Part shown: positions 27,707-39,214 of the stretch, one piece after another | How the letters are laid out: each line of letters starts with the position of its first letter | Numbering within the stretch: the first letter of the stretch is position 1 | NCBI GenBank assembly: GCA_016748015.1 | Contig: JAAOMT010000046.1 | Location: 434,001 to 498,000, forward strand | Length of the DNA: 64,000 bases | From: Geosiphon pyriformis uo1 | Taxonomy: Eukaryota > Fungi > Glomeromycota | Reading direction: 5' to 3' | Program-made: the position numbers and the translations under genes | Notes under the pieces: generated by a model | Seen by the model: the letters and a program-made list of their open reading frames with translations, nothing else | Told to the model about the DNA's origin: nothing | Databases searched by the model: none

Positions 27707-28363
27707 ATGAACAATTATTTTCTGGATCAAAACATTCAAAACATCTTCTATACTCTCCATAAGTATTGAATCAAAAACTATCTAAATACTACTCTGACCA
27801 TTGGAAAACAAACCACTATAACTGATAACAATGGAACACATACTGTTATTAGACCAAAGAAAACTATTACTAGAAGAGAAAAAATTGGTAGTAAAATGGA
27901 TAAATATTTGTTGGAAAGTATAACAGCAGCTATACTCCCATTTTCCAATACAATTGGAAAAACACTCCAAAAAATCTTATCCATAGACAAAAATTTGTTA
28001 TATAGAAGGCAATTAGAACTCTATGGTAGCCTTGGTGAAATCATAGAGAATATGAAACTCATAAAGAAAACAACTTTAGAGATACAGGCAGAAATTTTGG
28101 GCATTATATGGTTAGATGTCTTAAGAGTTTTAACTATTGCTAGAAAAGCCAAAACTTTAATACAAAGATTTGGTCTCTTGGATACAAAACTCATTTTGTC
28201 TCAAGTATTATATATCTTATTCACAAAAAACTTCAACAAACTAGTTAGCTTTGAGTTAGATAAAACTCTTCAAATAAATTACTTTATGAATAGCTTGATT
28301 TTGCTGGAGCTTAATTTCTTTGGAGAGGATGATGTTATGATTAAAACTTATACTTCTTATTAA
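27707..28363 (+). pseudogene. Extra third ORF (~218 aa, unknown function) between integrase and the 3' LTR
   Basis: ATG at 27707 is in frame with ORF 27896-28363, with a single internal TGA at 27767-27769. The frame reads through the PPT into the LTR. Confidence 0.6.
28319..28332 (+). promoter_or_regulatory. Polypurine tract
   Basis: TTTGGAGAGGATGA directly before the TG of the 3' LTR. Confidence 0.7.
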
Positions 28364-29032
28364 TTATCACATGTATTAGTCACTAATATTATATAAATTA
28401 GCCACACTATTTTTAGATAATAATTATTGATCTGATCAATAATCTAACTGTTGACTTAATCATTGACCTGATTATTGACCTAGTTGTTGACCTGATTATT
28501 GACCACTTTTGACAGCTATATAAGTGATGAATCTCTTAGCTGTAGAAAAGCATGTTTAAAATAATCAAAAATAAATAAAATAACAACTTTCATTTCAATC
28601 ATTTTTTTATTGCTAATTTCTCTTTTCCTACCTTCAAGTATCTAAACATCTTGGAATAAAAGATTACTTGTTGGTTAATTCTTACCTTTTTTCTGAAATG
28701 TATAAGTGTAGCATTTGAAGATTATTGAATAAAACATAACTGAAGAGCACATCTGATACTTAATATTGAATTCTAAGAGCACTAATGTAAGGCATAGAAT
28801 TATACCAAGTGTAATCATTTGTTGACAGTACAGACTATCCCTCTACCTTCAGATTCTCCAGTTACTTTTGAAAAGTATAACAACTGAGATATTTTATGAG
28901 ACTAATTTTACACATTGAATTCATACTTATTCAATTTGCTTTTTGAAGTTGAATTCCTTTTTGATTATTTCCATCACCCTACAATCCTGTTCTCTCTTGC
29001 TATCTATTAGCTTGTTACTTCAACTCGTAACA
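28333..29032 (+). repeat. 3' LTR (700 bp)
   Basis: Starts TGTTATGA, ends TCGTAACA. Only six 12-bp units at 28428-28499. Confidence 0.95.
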
Positions 29033-29144
29033 ATACTAATGTATTATTTTTTATTAACAGTATAAATTATTTTTTTATTTTCAGATTTTTTTGTTATTTT
29101 TTAAAAAAAATAACAGTTAAAATATTTATAAAATTGATCTTATA

Positions 29145-30486
29145 CAGAGGGGTATAAAAAGTATTGGATACTTAATATAATATATAAAAAAGACTATATA
29201 TAGTAATACTATTACCAATTTAAGCCATAATTACTTATAATTATAATTTACAAATTAACATAAAATGCATTCTTGTAAAACACAATAGTAGATCATATGT
29301 ATATATATAAAATATCAAACATTTTTGTTATAAAAAAATTTACTGCATCAAATATGTCTTAGAAAAAAACTTTCTGAATACCAAAAAAAAGAGATTATTT
29401 CAGCTATAAAGTTAGGACATACAAACAGTAAGATTTTTATGACTATTGGATGTTCACATTTTTCTGTAATATGTGCATAAAAGTTATATGAGCTAAAAAA
29501 ACTTCCTAAAAAATGAATGGGCTAACCACAAATTCTTGATAAATATGAACATAAACAACTCAAATATTCAATAATAGAAAATAAAAAAACCCATTGCCAA
29601 ACTTTTTCTCAAATATGATTGAATTTTATTAAAGATATTAACAAATTTATTTCTATATAAATTATTCAAAATGGATTAGTTCAAAAAAGACTTTGCTTGT
29701 GCATTTCTTGTCTTAAGCCATTAATTTCCAAATCAAATAAAAAAAACATTTACAATGGGCTTGTACTTATGAAAATTGGACAGTAGAAGATTTTAAACAA
29801 GTTGTTTAGTCAGATGAATCTACATATATACAATTTAGGACTACAAGATTTGGGCATATATGGCGTAAATCTTTCGAAGAGTTTCATAAGGATTGTATTA
29901 CAGCCACAGTTAGAAAAAGCTTTAATCGCATGTTTTAAAGATGTTTTTTATAGATTAGTTTAGATTCTTTAGTTCTTTTGGTTGGTCATATTACTGAAAT
30001 TATACACCATGAAATCTTGGCTAATTATGCAATTTTTACAGTAAAACTTCATGCAAAAAAAACTAAAAAAAAGTTTTTTTTTCAGAAAGACAATGCACCA
30101 ATTCACACATCAAAAGTCATGTGTTCTTTTTTTATCTCTTTAAATGTTGAATTACTTCCTTGGCCAGCACAAAGTTCTGATATTATTCCAATAGAAAATC
30201 TTTGGTCATATATTAAAGTTAAAATTCATCAACATAATTCACAACCCTCAAATATTGTACAATTGGAACAGTGAATTAAGGAAGAATAAGATACGATACC
30301 TGTAAATTACTATTGTAATTTGATCAAGTCTATGTCACATCAAGTTCAAGCTATTTTTGAAGCAAATAGGGGTCAAACAAAATACTAACATGTATTTTAA
30401 TATAATAATAAAAAATTAACAATTCATAAGTTAGTTCTTTTATATAACATATTATAAAAGTGTCTAATACTTTTTATACTCCCTTG
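29145..30486 (+). mobile_element. Tc1/mariner DNA transposon (Tc1, DD34E)
   Basis: 29-bp TIRs at 29145-29173 and 30458-30486 (24/29 match, all mismatches transitions; consensus CAGGGGGGTATAAAAAGTATTGGACACTT). TA duplication at 29143-29144 and 30487-30488. Confidence 0.95.
29354..30388 (+). pseudogene. Tc1 transposase, disrupted
   Basis: VV*SDES; FQKDNAPIH...WPAQSSDIIPIENLW with 34 residues between D and E; C-terminal GQTKY*. Confidence 0.92.
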
Positions 30487-31419
30487 TATATTAAATTTAT
30501 ATTAATTTAATTTGTTTTTTAAAATTAAATATTCTTTTAATTAATTTTATTATTATACAATTTTGTTTTATCTTATTGTTTATTAATTTGTTACTTTAAC
30601 TTATAATAATATAATAAATGTTCAATTTTATAATATGTTAACTTTAATAATAATAATTAATTCTAAATTTTATGAAATTTTATTTAATTTAATCAGTATT
30701 TTTTGTATTTCTAATTTAATATGCTAAGTATTATTAATGTTTTACTATAATATAATTTTAATTAATTATTATGTATTATTTTAGTTAAGATTTTGTTTTT
30801 AGTTATAATTTGTATGTTTTATTTTCAAGTATTTTTTCAATATGAAATAATTTATCCTATTTTGAATTGAGTTTTTTATTTTATTGTTTTTTTGCTTTGG
30901 TATAATATAATAGTATTTGAATTCAGCTAGTTTATTTATTAATTAATTATTATGTGTTTTTTTTGTAATTTTTTAATGTAATTAGCTGTTTTTTTTCTAA
31001 GATTTTTATTAAGTCATATGTTTGTTTTAACAGTATTTTTTAAAATATATTATTTGTTATTGGTTTTTTATATATATTGTTATTTTTTTTTTTTAGTAAT
31101 ATTGTTGTTTTATAATATATATTAATTTAAATAGTTTTATTTAAATAGAATTTTGCTTTATTGTTCAATAAGCCAATAATATCAATAATATAAGAAAAAG
31201 AATAATTAATATAAGATATATAGAAAACATTAATGTAATACTATAAAATAAATTAAAAAAAACATATATTATTAAACTAAATAAAAAGATAACACAAATA
31301 ATATTTCTAAGGAAAACTTCTTTCTCTCCTTCGTCCAAAATTCCCAAAAAAGAGTCTAAAGTTTTTTTCGAAAGAAGTTTTTTACTATTTAGTATGATAA
31401 ATCAAAACCATTCTTCAAT

Positions 31420-33252
31420 TATGAGGCCACTGTTGGCTCTGTTATTGCTGTTATAAAAAAGACCATTAAAGCTTCTGGTTCTGAAAATGGTTTCAAGACT
31501 GTTGCATTAAGAAAAAAGAGGAAGGGAGGTGTGTTGGAAAAGAGCATTGATAATAAAGGGGTTGCTGTCAAAGCTCTTGGTGCTCATTTATGGAGTTCTG
31601 AGACTGGTGACACTATGGAATCTGAGAGTATTGACATGGAAGAAAAATGCTTGGTTGAAGAAATTAGTGTAGACTATGATAATAATGGTACTTTTACGAA
31701 AGGAGATCCTGATCAGACACCAAAGAGTTTGCATATGAAGACCAAAAAAGTGTTAGAGAAGCCACTAGGTGTGATTGATTATGATACTGTTGATGCAGAA
31801 GGTGATGTGTTGGATGATTCTCTTCTTTTTCCACCTCCTCTTCCAGTCAAGCCGTCCATTCAAGTACCTGTTTGCAAATCCTTCACTTTAGATATTGATC
31901 TTATAGTGGTGGCTGGAAAATCATCTCAGAAAAAAGTCAATTTTGTCAGAAAAATTTTTTTAGGTGTAAATGGTTTTGGGGGGGCCTCTACCCTCTCAAA
32001 ATTTGGTGGAATCATCCAGGTGTCTTTCACTTCTGAAAAGGCAATGATGGCTGCTGCACAGTTGGCTAATGATTGTGGTGTTGTGGTAAACACCAATTTT
32101 AAGCACCCCATTAACAATTGTATGAATTGGGCAGTTGTGTTAAAAGAAATTCCTGTGGAAACTTCCATTGAAGCAGTACGCACAGCCATTTCTGATTTTG
32201 AGTTCATTAAGTTGATCAAGATGCAGTTGGTGGGTTTATGACAAAAGGCAATCATTGAATTGGAGAATCAAAATCAGGCTGATCTCTTGGTGGCTGAGTG
32301 GTCTATCCTTATTGGGAAAGATACGGTGCATGTAGCCTGGGCCAATATTGACAAACAAACATGGGATGCCAGAGATGAGTTTAGGGCTTTGCTTTATACT
32401 CTCCCTATGGGCACCAATGCTCATGATCTTTGGGACTTCATTGGTTCAGTTAGTGGGAAAACATGTGTTATTGAATGCAATTCTGTCAGTTATGTCCGGG
32501 CATGCTGTACCACTGTGTGCTTCAATTCTGAGGGTAGTTTTATTCAGACAATGGTGATCACTCTTGTTATAAAAGGTGTTGGTTTCTGATGGTCTCGTTT
32601 AACTGCTGCACTGTGCTCAAATTGCAAAAATTCTGGTCATACTTCTCTCGCTTGTCATACTGCTGGTGTGTCCTCAAGTCCTAGGAGCAAAAGAGCTCCT
32701 CTTTCAACTCAGGATCAGTTCCGTCTGGCAAAGATATATGAAAAAAAGTCTGCCTCTGTTTCTTGTTCTTTGGCTTTCAGTGGAAAAACTTGGGCCTCCG
32801 TGGTTGGTAAACCACTCCCGATAGTGTCTTTTGGTAGTTCAGCTCAATCTGGTTCCATATTTTATGGTAAACTTCTCCCAAATATTAATGGTGAATTGGA
32901 AGACTGTTTGAAGAATATTGAAAGCAGTCTCACTAGTCTCATGGAACAAATTGGTAAGTTGGCTCAGAGGTTGGATTCACTTGGGCTAGTGGTTTTCTAG
33001 CCTAGCCCTGAATGTCAGCCACTGGTGACCTCTCCATCACAGAATCAAGTGGGTAATGTAGTGATGGGAGAGGGTTCGAGTGGGACCACTAGTGGTGAGG
33101 CTGCTCTGAAGCCTGATTTGTCTGCCTCTCTTGGAGTGAAGAAATTGGAATTCATTCTTGCAGGACTTTCTGCTTCAGTGATGAGCCTCACAGCTTATTT
33201 AGATGGTTTGAGTTTGACTGGTGTTGTGCCTCCTTTATTCTCTTTTCAATGA
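31420..33252 (+). pseudogene. LINE-C ORF1 (RRM-like + CCHC), disrupted
   Basis: In-frame ORF pieces 31531-32241, 32260-32589, 32668-33000 and 33025-33252 separated by stops. Knuckle CSNCKNSGHTSLAC near 32614. Start is approximate. Confidence 0.87.
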
Positions 33253-36200
33253 GCAGTTTTGTGTGAAAAATAGCTACATGCAATGTTAGAAGGATAAATA
33301 ATCCTTTTAAGCAAGCTGACATTATTTGTTGGTACATAAGCATGAACAATATGGTTTTAATAGTTACAGAAACAAAGTTAAAGGGTAGAGTTTGTCCGTA
33401 AATTGCTGATAAGTTTACTGGTATTAGGGTTTTTATTTCTGGTTCAGATTCAGGTTATTTTGGTTCAGATGTGGCTATCATTATGGATATTGCTCTGGCC
33501 AGACATGTGTGTAGAGTCTCTGAAGTCCCTGGTCATCTCATTTCCGTCAGGTTACTTTTTAAGAATAAGCTCTCAGTTTCTATCTTGGGTCTGTATGCTG
33601 GTGCGTCAGCTTCAGTATGCTTCTCTTAGGCTGATGATGTGAATGCATTGATTGTTAAAGCTGTAAATGAATCCTCTTTCTTAATCTTGGGAGGTGACTT
33701 CAATGAAGATAGTATGCATAGAAGTACCAGTTTCAAAAAGTGTAGTAGCTTGGGTCTGGTTACCTCTCTTGTTGGCAGTCCACTTTTGAAAATTCTAACA
33801 TAGAGTAATTCCTGGAATGTGACGAAAACTATTTATTTTTTTTTTGTGTCCCTTAATTTGGTCAATGCTATTTGAATTGCAATGTTCTGAATGTGGTCGA
33901 GTTCTTTGATACTGACCATCAAGCCGTTTCTGTGTTAGTTGGTTTGAGTGGTCTCTTGAACACTCATTTGTGCTCTATTTGCAAACAGGCCAATAAGGAT
34001 TGTTGAAAATACAATTATAAGAATGCTGAAGGTGCTTTGTGGTCGAAGTTTAAAAAAGAGATGGCGGCTAATGCTGCCATGTTCACTGATGAGTTCTTAG
34101 ATGCCAGAAGACATTCTGATCTGGATGTTATGTGGGATGTTATTCGCAAAACCTTGTGTTTTTTGGCAGATGTGGTTTTCAAAAAAAAAGGTTTAAGAAA
34201 TATGATGGTGTCTTTACCAAAACTTTGTCCAGGTTTCATAAATTGGAGCTCCTGGTGTCTAAATTGGTTAAAGCTTCCCAGTTGGTCAATCATGATGAGT
34301 TTACTTCACTGTTAGATACTTGGATTTGGCTTGACTTAGTTAATGCTTCATTGGTAAGATCTTTGTTTCTCTCTGGCTTCCCATTGAATAATATATGGTC
34401 CGTTCTTTCGAAGATCAGGAAATCTTATCATGCTGCTAAGTTGTTAGATTCAAAACATGCTGAGGAATCTTGTATCAAGTTTGCAATCAATAGGAGGATG
34501 GAGAACTTCGAGTTTGACAAAGGTCACACTATTAGGAGTGTCTTGAAATGTCTCTTTCGCAAAGTCATTTTAGATTATTTGATGGTGGACAAGAAGTTGT
34601 TCTTGGAGCCTGATCCTGTTAAGATTAAAGTGGATGAGATAATGAAGAGTTGAACACAGAAGTGAGGTGTGATTCTTGATGTGCCTGAGGATTGGTCCCA
34701 TTAGTATTAGCCTCTGGAACATGTGTTTGATGATGCCTTTGCTAATATTATGGACTGTGTTAATTTTGTTGAATTATTTGGTGTGGTCTCAAATCTGCCT
34801 GATGGGAAGGCTGCTGGCTTTTTGGATATCTCCAATAAACTCTGAAAGCATTGTAGCAGCTCGACTCTTGATATGCTCTTGGTGCTCATCAACTCTTGTC
34901 TTTCTGGTGAATTTGTTTCCAGTGCTTGGAAAGAGGCTTGGGTGTCAATGATTCCAAAGCCTTATGAATGAGAAGGCGTGCTTACTAATACTCGTTCTAT
35001 TGCTCTAATTGAGACAGTTCACAAAATTCTATCCAAAATTCTTTCTGACAGGATTTCATTTGCATGCAACAAGTATGACATCCTTTATGGTAACAATTTT
35101 TCAGTTTTAAAGGGCACTACAACTCAGTCCCTCATTTTTGCAGTTGGTTTGGTAATTGAGAATGCTATAGAGAAGAACTGTGAGCTCTGGCTGGTTTACA
35201 GGACATGCAAAAGGCTTACAATTTTGTTGGTTGAGACCATCTTAGGAATAGTCTGGTTAAAATCAAAATGTGTAGCAAGTTTATTCAGTTTTTTGGAAGT
35301 ATTCATGGTGGTCAGACCAACCAGGTTATGACTGATTTTGGGTTGACAAGTGGTTATCATGTACATGATGGTTTGGACCAAGGGGAGGTTTTCTCACCTC
35401 TCCTTTGGCAAATATTTTATGATCCCCTCTTGTGTAAAGTCAAAAGACAGGAGAGTGTGTGTGGATACCGGTTAAATTCTCATTTCGTTTCTAAGAATGG
35501 TTATGTGGAATCTCAAGCTGGGTTGATTTCTTTTCTTGCTGCTGAGACTTTTGTGGATGATATGATTTGGATTGGAAGTAGTTAGGCAATGACACAACAC
35601 ATTCTAAATGTTGCTAGTAAATTTTTCAGGATTAATGACATTTTGATTAACAATGATAAGACTGTGGCCATTCCTATTAACAGCCGGATTGCAAATTCCT
35701 CTCTTTTGATAAGTGGGTCACCTATCTCTATAGCCAATAGGAAAGAATCTCATCAGTATTTGGGTATCTTTTTATCCACTGAGGGCCTTTTTAAACCTAG
35801 TCTGGCCAAAGCTCACTTAGATGTCAAGTTTTTTGCTAATCTTGTGTTAAAAAAGGCCATCTCTGATAAACAATTTTCTTATTTAGTGTCTTCGGTTTTG
35901 CACCCTATTGTAAGTTATAGAACTTAGTTCAGCTTTATTTCTTCTAGTATGTGCAACAAATGAGATACTATGATTCGCAGGGGTTTGAAATCAAAATCTG
36001 GTCTGCCTTTAGATTTTCCCAATAATGCACTGCATTACTCCTCATTTTATGACTTGAAACCTTTTAAGCAAGTCCAGACTGAGCACAAAGTAGCATCTGT
36101 TATTTGTTTTGCAAATTCGGTTGGTGTTTTGGGTCATTTGTTTGCTCATAGATCTCATGACTTGCAAGTTTTGTGTTGGCATCCAAATCATCCCTTGAGT

Positions 36201-37934
36201 TTTCCTACTCATATTGGTGTTGGTGTTTCTGATAATTATTTGGTGGGCTTGGTTCATATTTTTCATGGTTATAATCTTTCTCTAGGTGACGTCAGAGCCA
36301 ATGCTTTTTGTCTTTAGAATAGAACTCTTATGGTATCTGTTCTTGGTGAATTTAAGTTTGTCAGGTGTCTTCCATCTCTTCAGCGTTATGGTATTGCTTT
36401 TGTGAATCAGCTTCAGGACTTCAGAGATGCTAATTTTACTTGGACAACTTTTAAATGTTGGAAAAAGTTGGACTCACATGGGCCTGTTCCTGCCTGGTTT
36501 GATCTTTCAGTTGCTTTTCTTAATATGATAGCTCTCACCTCTGTTCTATCTTCTTCTGTTGGTGAGATTGCCCCTTGAAATGTCCTGGATTTGATTGAAT
36601 TTGATATAATTCATGGTCGTCTGTTTGGTGTTTGTTCCAATAGTATTTTGGTATTTACTGATAGTTCTTTGGCCAGTTTGGGTATGGTTGGCATGCAGAC
36701 TGATGCAGCCATTTTTTTTGATGGTGTCGATTTGGGTTTAGGTGTTGTAGTTTCTGGTTTGGTATCTTTTACTATGGTGAAATTGCAGGCTATTGCTTTG
36801 GCTTTTGAGTGTGTTTTTCCCTCTAGTTCTGTTTATTTGTTCTCTGACAGTCAGGCAGCTTTGGATACATGCAAATCTGAGCTAAGTCTGATCATTCCAG
36901 ACTTTCAAAATTGATGCTGGTTAGAACACCATCACATTTCTAACTTGATTCATAATAGGAATTTGAATGCCTGTTGGTTTAAAGTCAAAGAACATTCTGG
37001 TGTTGTGGTTAATGAGTGTGCAGATGCTCTTGCTGTGGCTGCTTCTACATCTGACCTTTTTCTGTCTTCATGTTTGAATGAGTACTATATTTTGGCAGGT
37101 GGTGTGGCTGTTTCTGGGAATTTTAGACATTTTGTTCGTGATATTTTCCATTGTGTACATCCTGCTAAATAGAAGGTTGGCTCTGATTCTAAAGTCTTAG
37201 TTACCAGTTTGCATAGTGACATAGACTGGCGTAGATTTTCACTTGTGTGGCATCCTGATATGCACATGGCTGCTGGTTTCACTGGTAAACGTTCTGCTAG
37301 TGCTTGTACTTATTTTATAAAAGCTTTATATCATTGGCTGTCTATGGCTGTTCGTAAACGCCTTTATAGCAGGTCTTATCCCAGCATTTTGTGCTTGTTT
37401 TGTGGTGAAGTCGAATTTTCCGATCACGTTTTTTCATGTGGCTTTGATGCTACTATCTGCACCCAGCTGTTGGACATGCATGCAGCTATCTGAAAAGCCC
37501 TTTCTGGTTTGTCTCAATTGTTGTCACGTCTTATGTAGCTTTTGCTGTCTTGTGCCTCTGATGCCTTGGTGTGTTCGGCATTTTGTAAGAGTTTTATGTT
37601 CAAACTTTGTTTTCAGGAAGCAGTCTCAGTTTTCAGTGACTCCAAAATTACTTGTTATAAGATGGTGGATTTTGTGCGAAATTTTTGTCTTGCTTTTAGA
37701 GATGAGATTTGGTTGGTTCGTGTAAATTACCATGCTTTAATGGAGAAGTGTGGCCTAATTCCTAGTAATGATTCGGCTCCTGATTTGGTGCGTGGCCTTT
37801 CTTCAATTTTCTCTGCTGGGGTGATAAAACTGTTGGGTATTGTGAAGGCTTTTGGCATTTGCTTTGGCTTTCGTACACCTTGTTTATTTTTTTTAGGCAT
37901 TGAGAATTCTGTGTCAGTTATTATAGATGCTTAG
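33249..37934 (+). pseudogene. LINE-C ORF2 (APE-RT-RNase H-CCHC), disrupted
   Basis: KIATCNVR, ETK, LGGDFN, DTDH (APE). GLDQGEVFSPLL, FVDDMIW, YLGI (RT). VFTDSS, SDSQ, KVKEHSG..NECADALA (RNase H). CLFCGEVEFSDHVFSC. Confidence 0.93.
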
Positions 37935-38421
37935 TGTTGTCCTAATCAGCCTGAATGGCTGGTTATGTGTAGAAAATGCATGATTCATGCCTAGTTTAGA
38001 TTTTTTATGATGTATTGTTCTAGGTAGTGTTTAGATCTCACTCATTAAAAAAAAAAAAAATATTTCTATTTTTGATTAAAAGAGCTTAATTAATATTAGT
38101 AAGAACAAAAAAAAATTAAAAATAACAACAAAAAAAATTAATAAATTCAAATTAACTAAAAAAAATAACATATTAGTAAATATAATAGAAAAAAAATAAT
38201 TAATCAAAAAAAAATTATTTCTATTAGTTAATTAATTTTTATTTTATTATATAATTAGTATATAATAAAAATGCCAAAAAAATTAAAAATTAACTTCAAA
38301 TTTTTGAAGTAAAATTAACATTTACAAATCTGAAAAAATTGACATTACCAATTTGTATTTATCAGCCAAAAACCACAAACATATTAGAATTTTAATTCAC
38401 AACATAATAAAAGATTCAATA

Positions 38422-38530
38422 TAACTGGTCACATATAGTAAGTACATAAATTGCACTTAGCTGGAGTCCTTTGTTTTGACTCTGTATACTAGGTAGGGAT
38501 TGGACTGCACTTGTTAAATATTAATAAAAA
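38422..38530 (+). mobile_element. ~110-bp LINE 3'-tail insertion (extreme 5' truncation or SINE-like)
   Basis: GGTCACATATAGTAAGTACATAAATT...CTAGGT...TTGGAC...polyA resembles the shared tail. TSD AAAAGATT(C/T)AATA at 38409-38421 and 38531-38543. Confidence 0.75.
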
Positions 38531-39214
38531 AAAAGATTTAATAGAATTACCAATTAAAACAATTATTAAATACTTAAAAACTGAAATAAAAGATCAATTA
38601 CCAACTACTGTTTTATACTTTTTACAACTTTGTAAATATGTAAATATTATATCACAAATTATTTACAGGAAATAAAAATATTATTTGTTATAACCAAAAC
38701 AATTAAAGCAAATAAACTTAAAGAATCTAAACTTACTTTAATGTATACAAATTAAACTGTTGTTTAATAAATATATGTATATTTTTGCAAACAAAAATAA
38801 ATTTAGAAGAACAAATATATTTAATATTAAATAAAAACAAGAGATACAATATTAATTAAACAGAAAACATATTAAATACTATTCACCAATTATAAAATTA
38901 TTTGCTAAAAAATTGACTAAATTTTGAACAATAATTTAATCCAATTATTTATAAGTTCATAGTTATTATTAATAATACTTTTTAGAAAAAAATGAAAAAA
39001 TCTATCTTTGTGTAAATTACAAAAAACTTATTAATATTATTTAAGATAACAATTATTTAACTCTATGCATTTAAAAATTGTTTAATGTATTTAACAAAAA
39101 AAAATAATTCTTAATATTGAACTTAAATAGTAATTATTTGTTAATAATTATGAATTCAGTTAACAAAAAAAAGACAACATTTATCACAAGAAAAAAAAAC
39201 TTCAAATTTAATAT

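Larger units (their letters stand above)
21253..29032 (+). mobile_element. Structurally complete Ty3/Gypsy LTR retrotransposon, coding region inactivated
   Basis: TG...CA LTRs at 21253-22001 and 28333-29032. 4-bp TSD ATAC (21249-21252 / 29033-29036). PBS and PPT present. Domain order gag-PR-RT-RNaseH-IN. Confidence 0.96.
20830..30610 (+). mobile_element. Old degenerate LTR related to the young Gypsy LTR, split into three pieces (~20830-21252, 29037-29144, 30489-~30610)
   Basis: The three pieces joined are collinear with LTR 21253-22001. Example: old ATAAGACATAAAATTATAC vs young GTAAGACATAGAATTATAC; old GATCTTATATATTAAAT vs young GATCTCGCACATTGAAT. Confidence 0.8.
31310..38058 (+). mobile_element. 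Full-length LINE (LINE-C), inactivated
   Basis: TSD AATATTTCTA at 31300-31309 and 38059-38068. PolyA at 38047-38060. ORF1 + ORF2. Confidence 0.95.
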
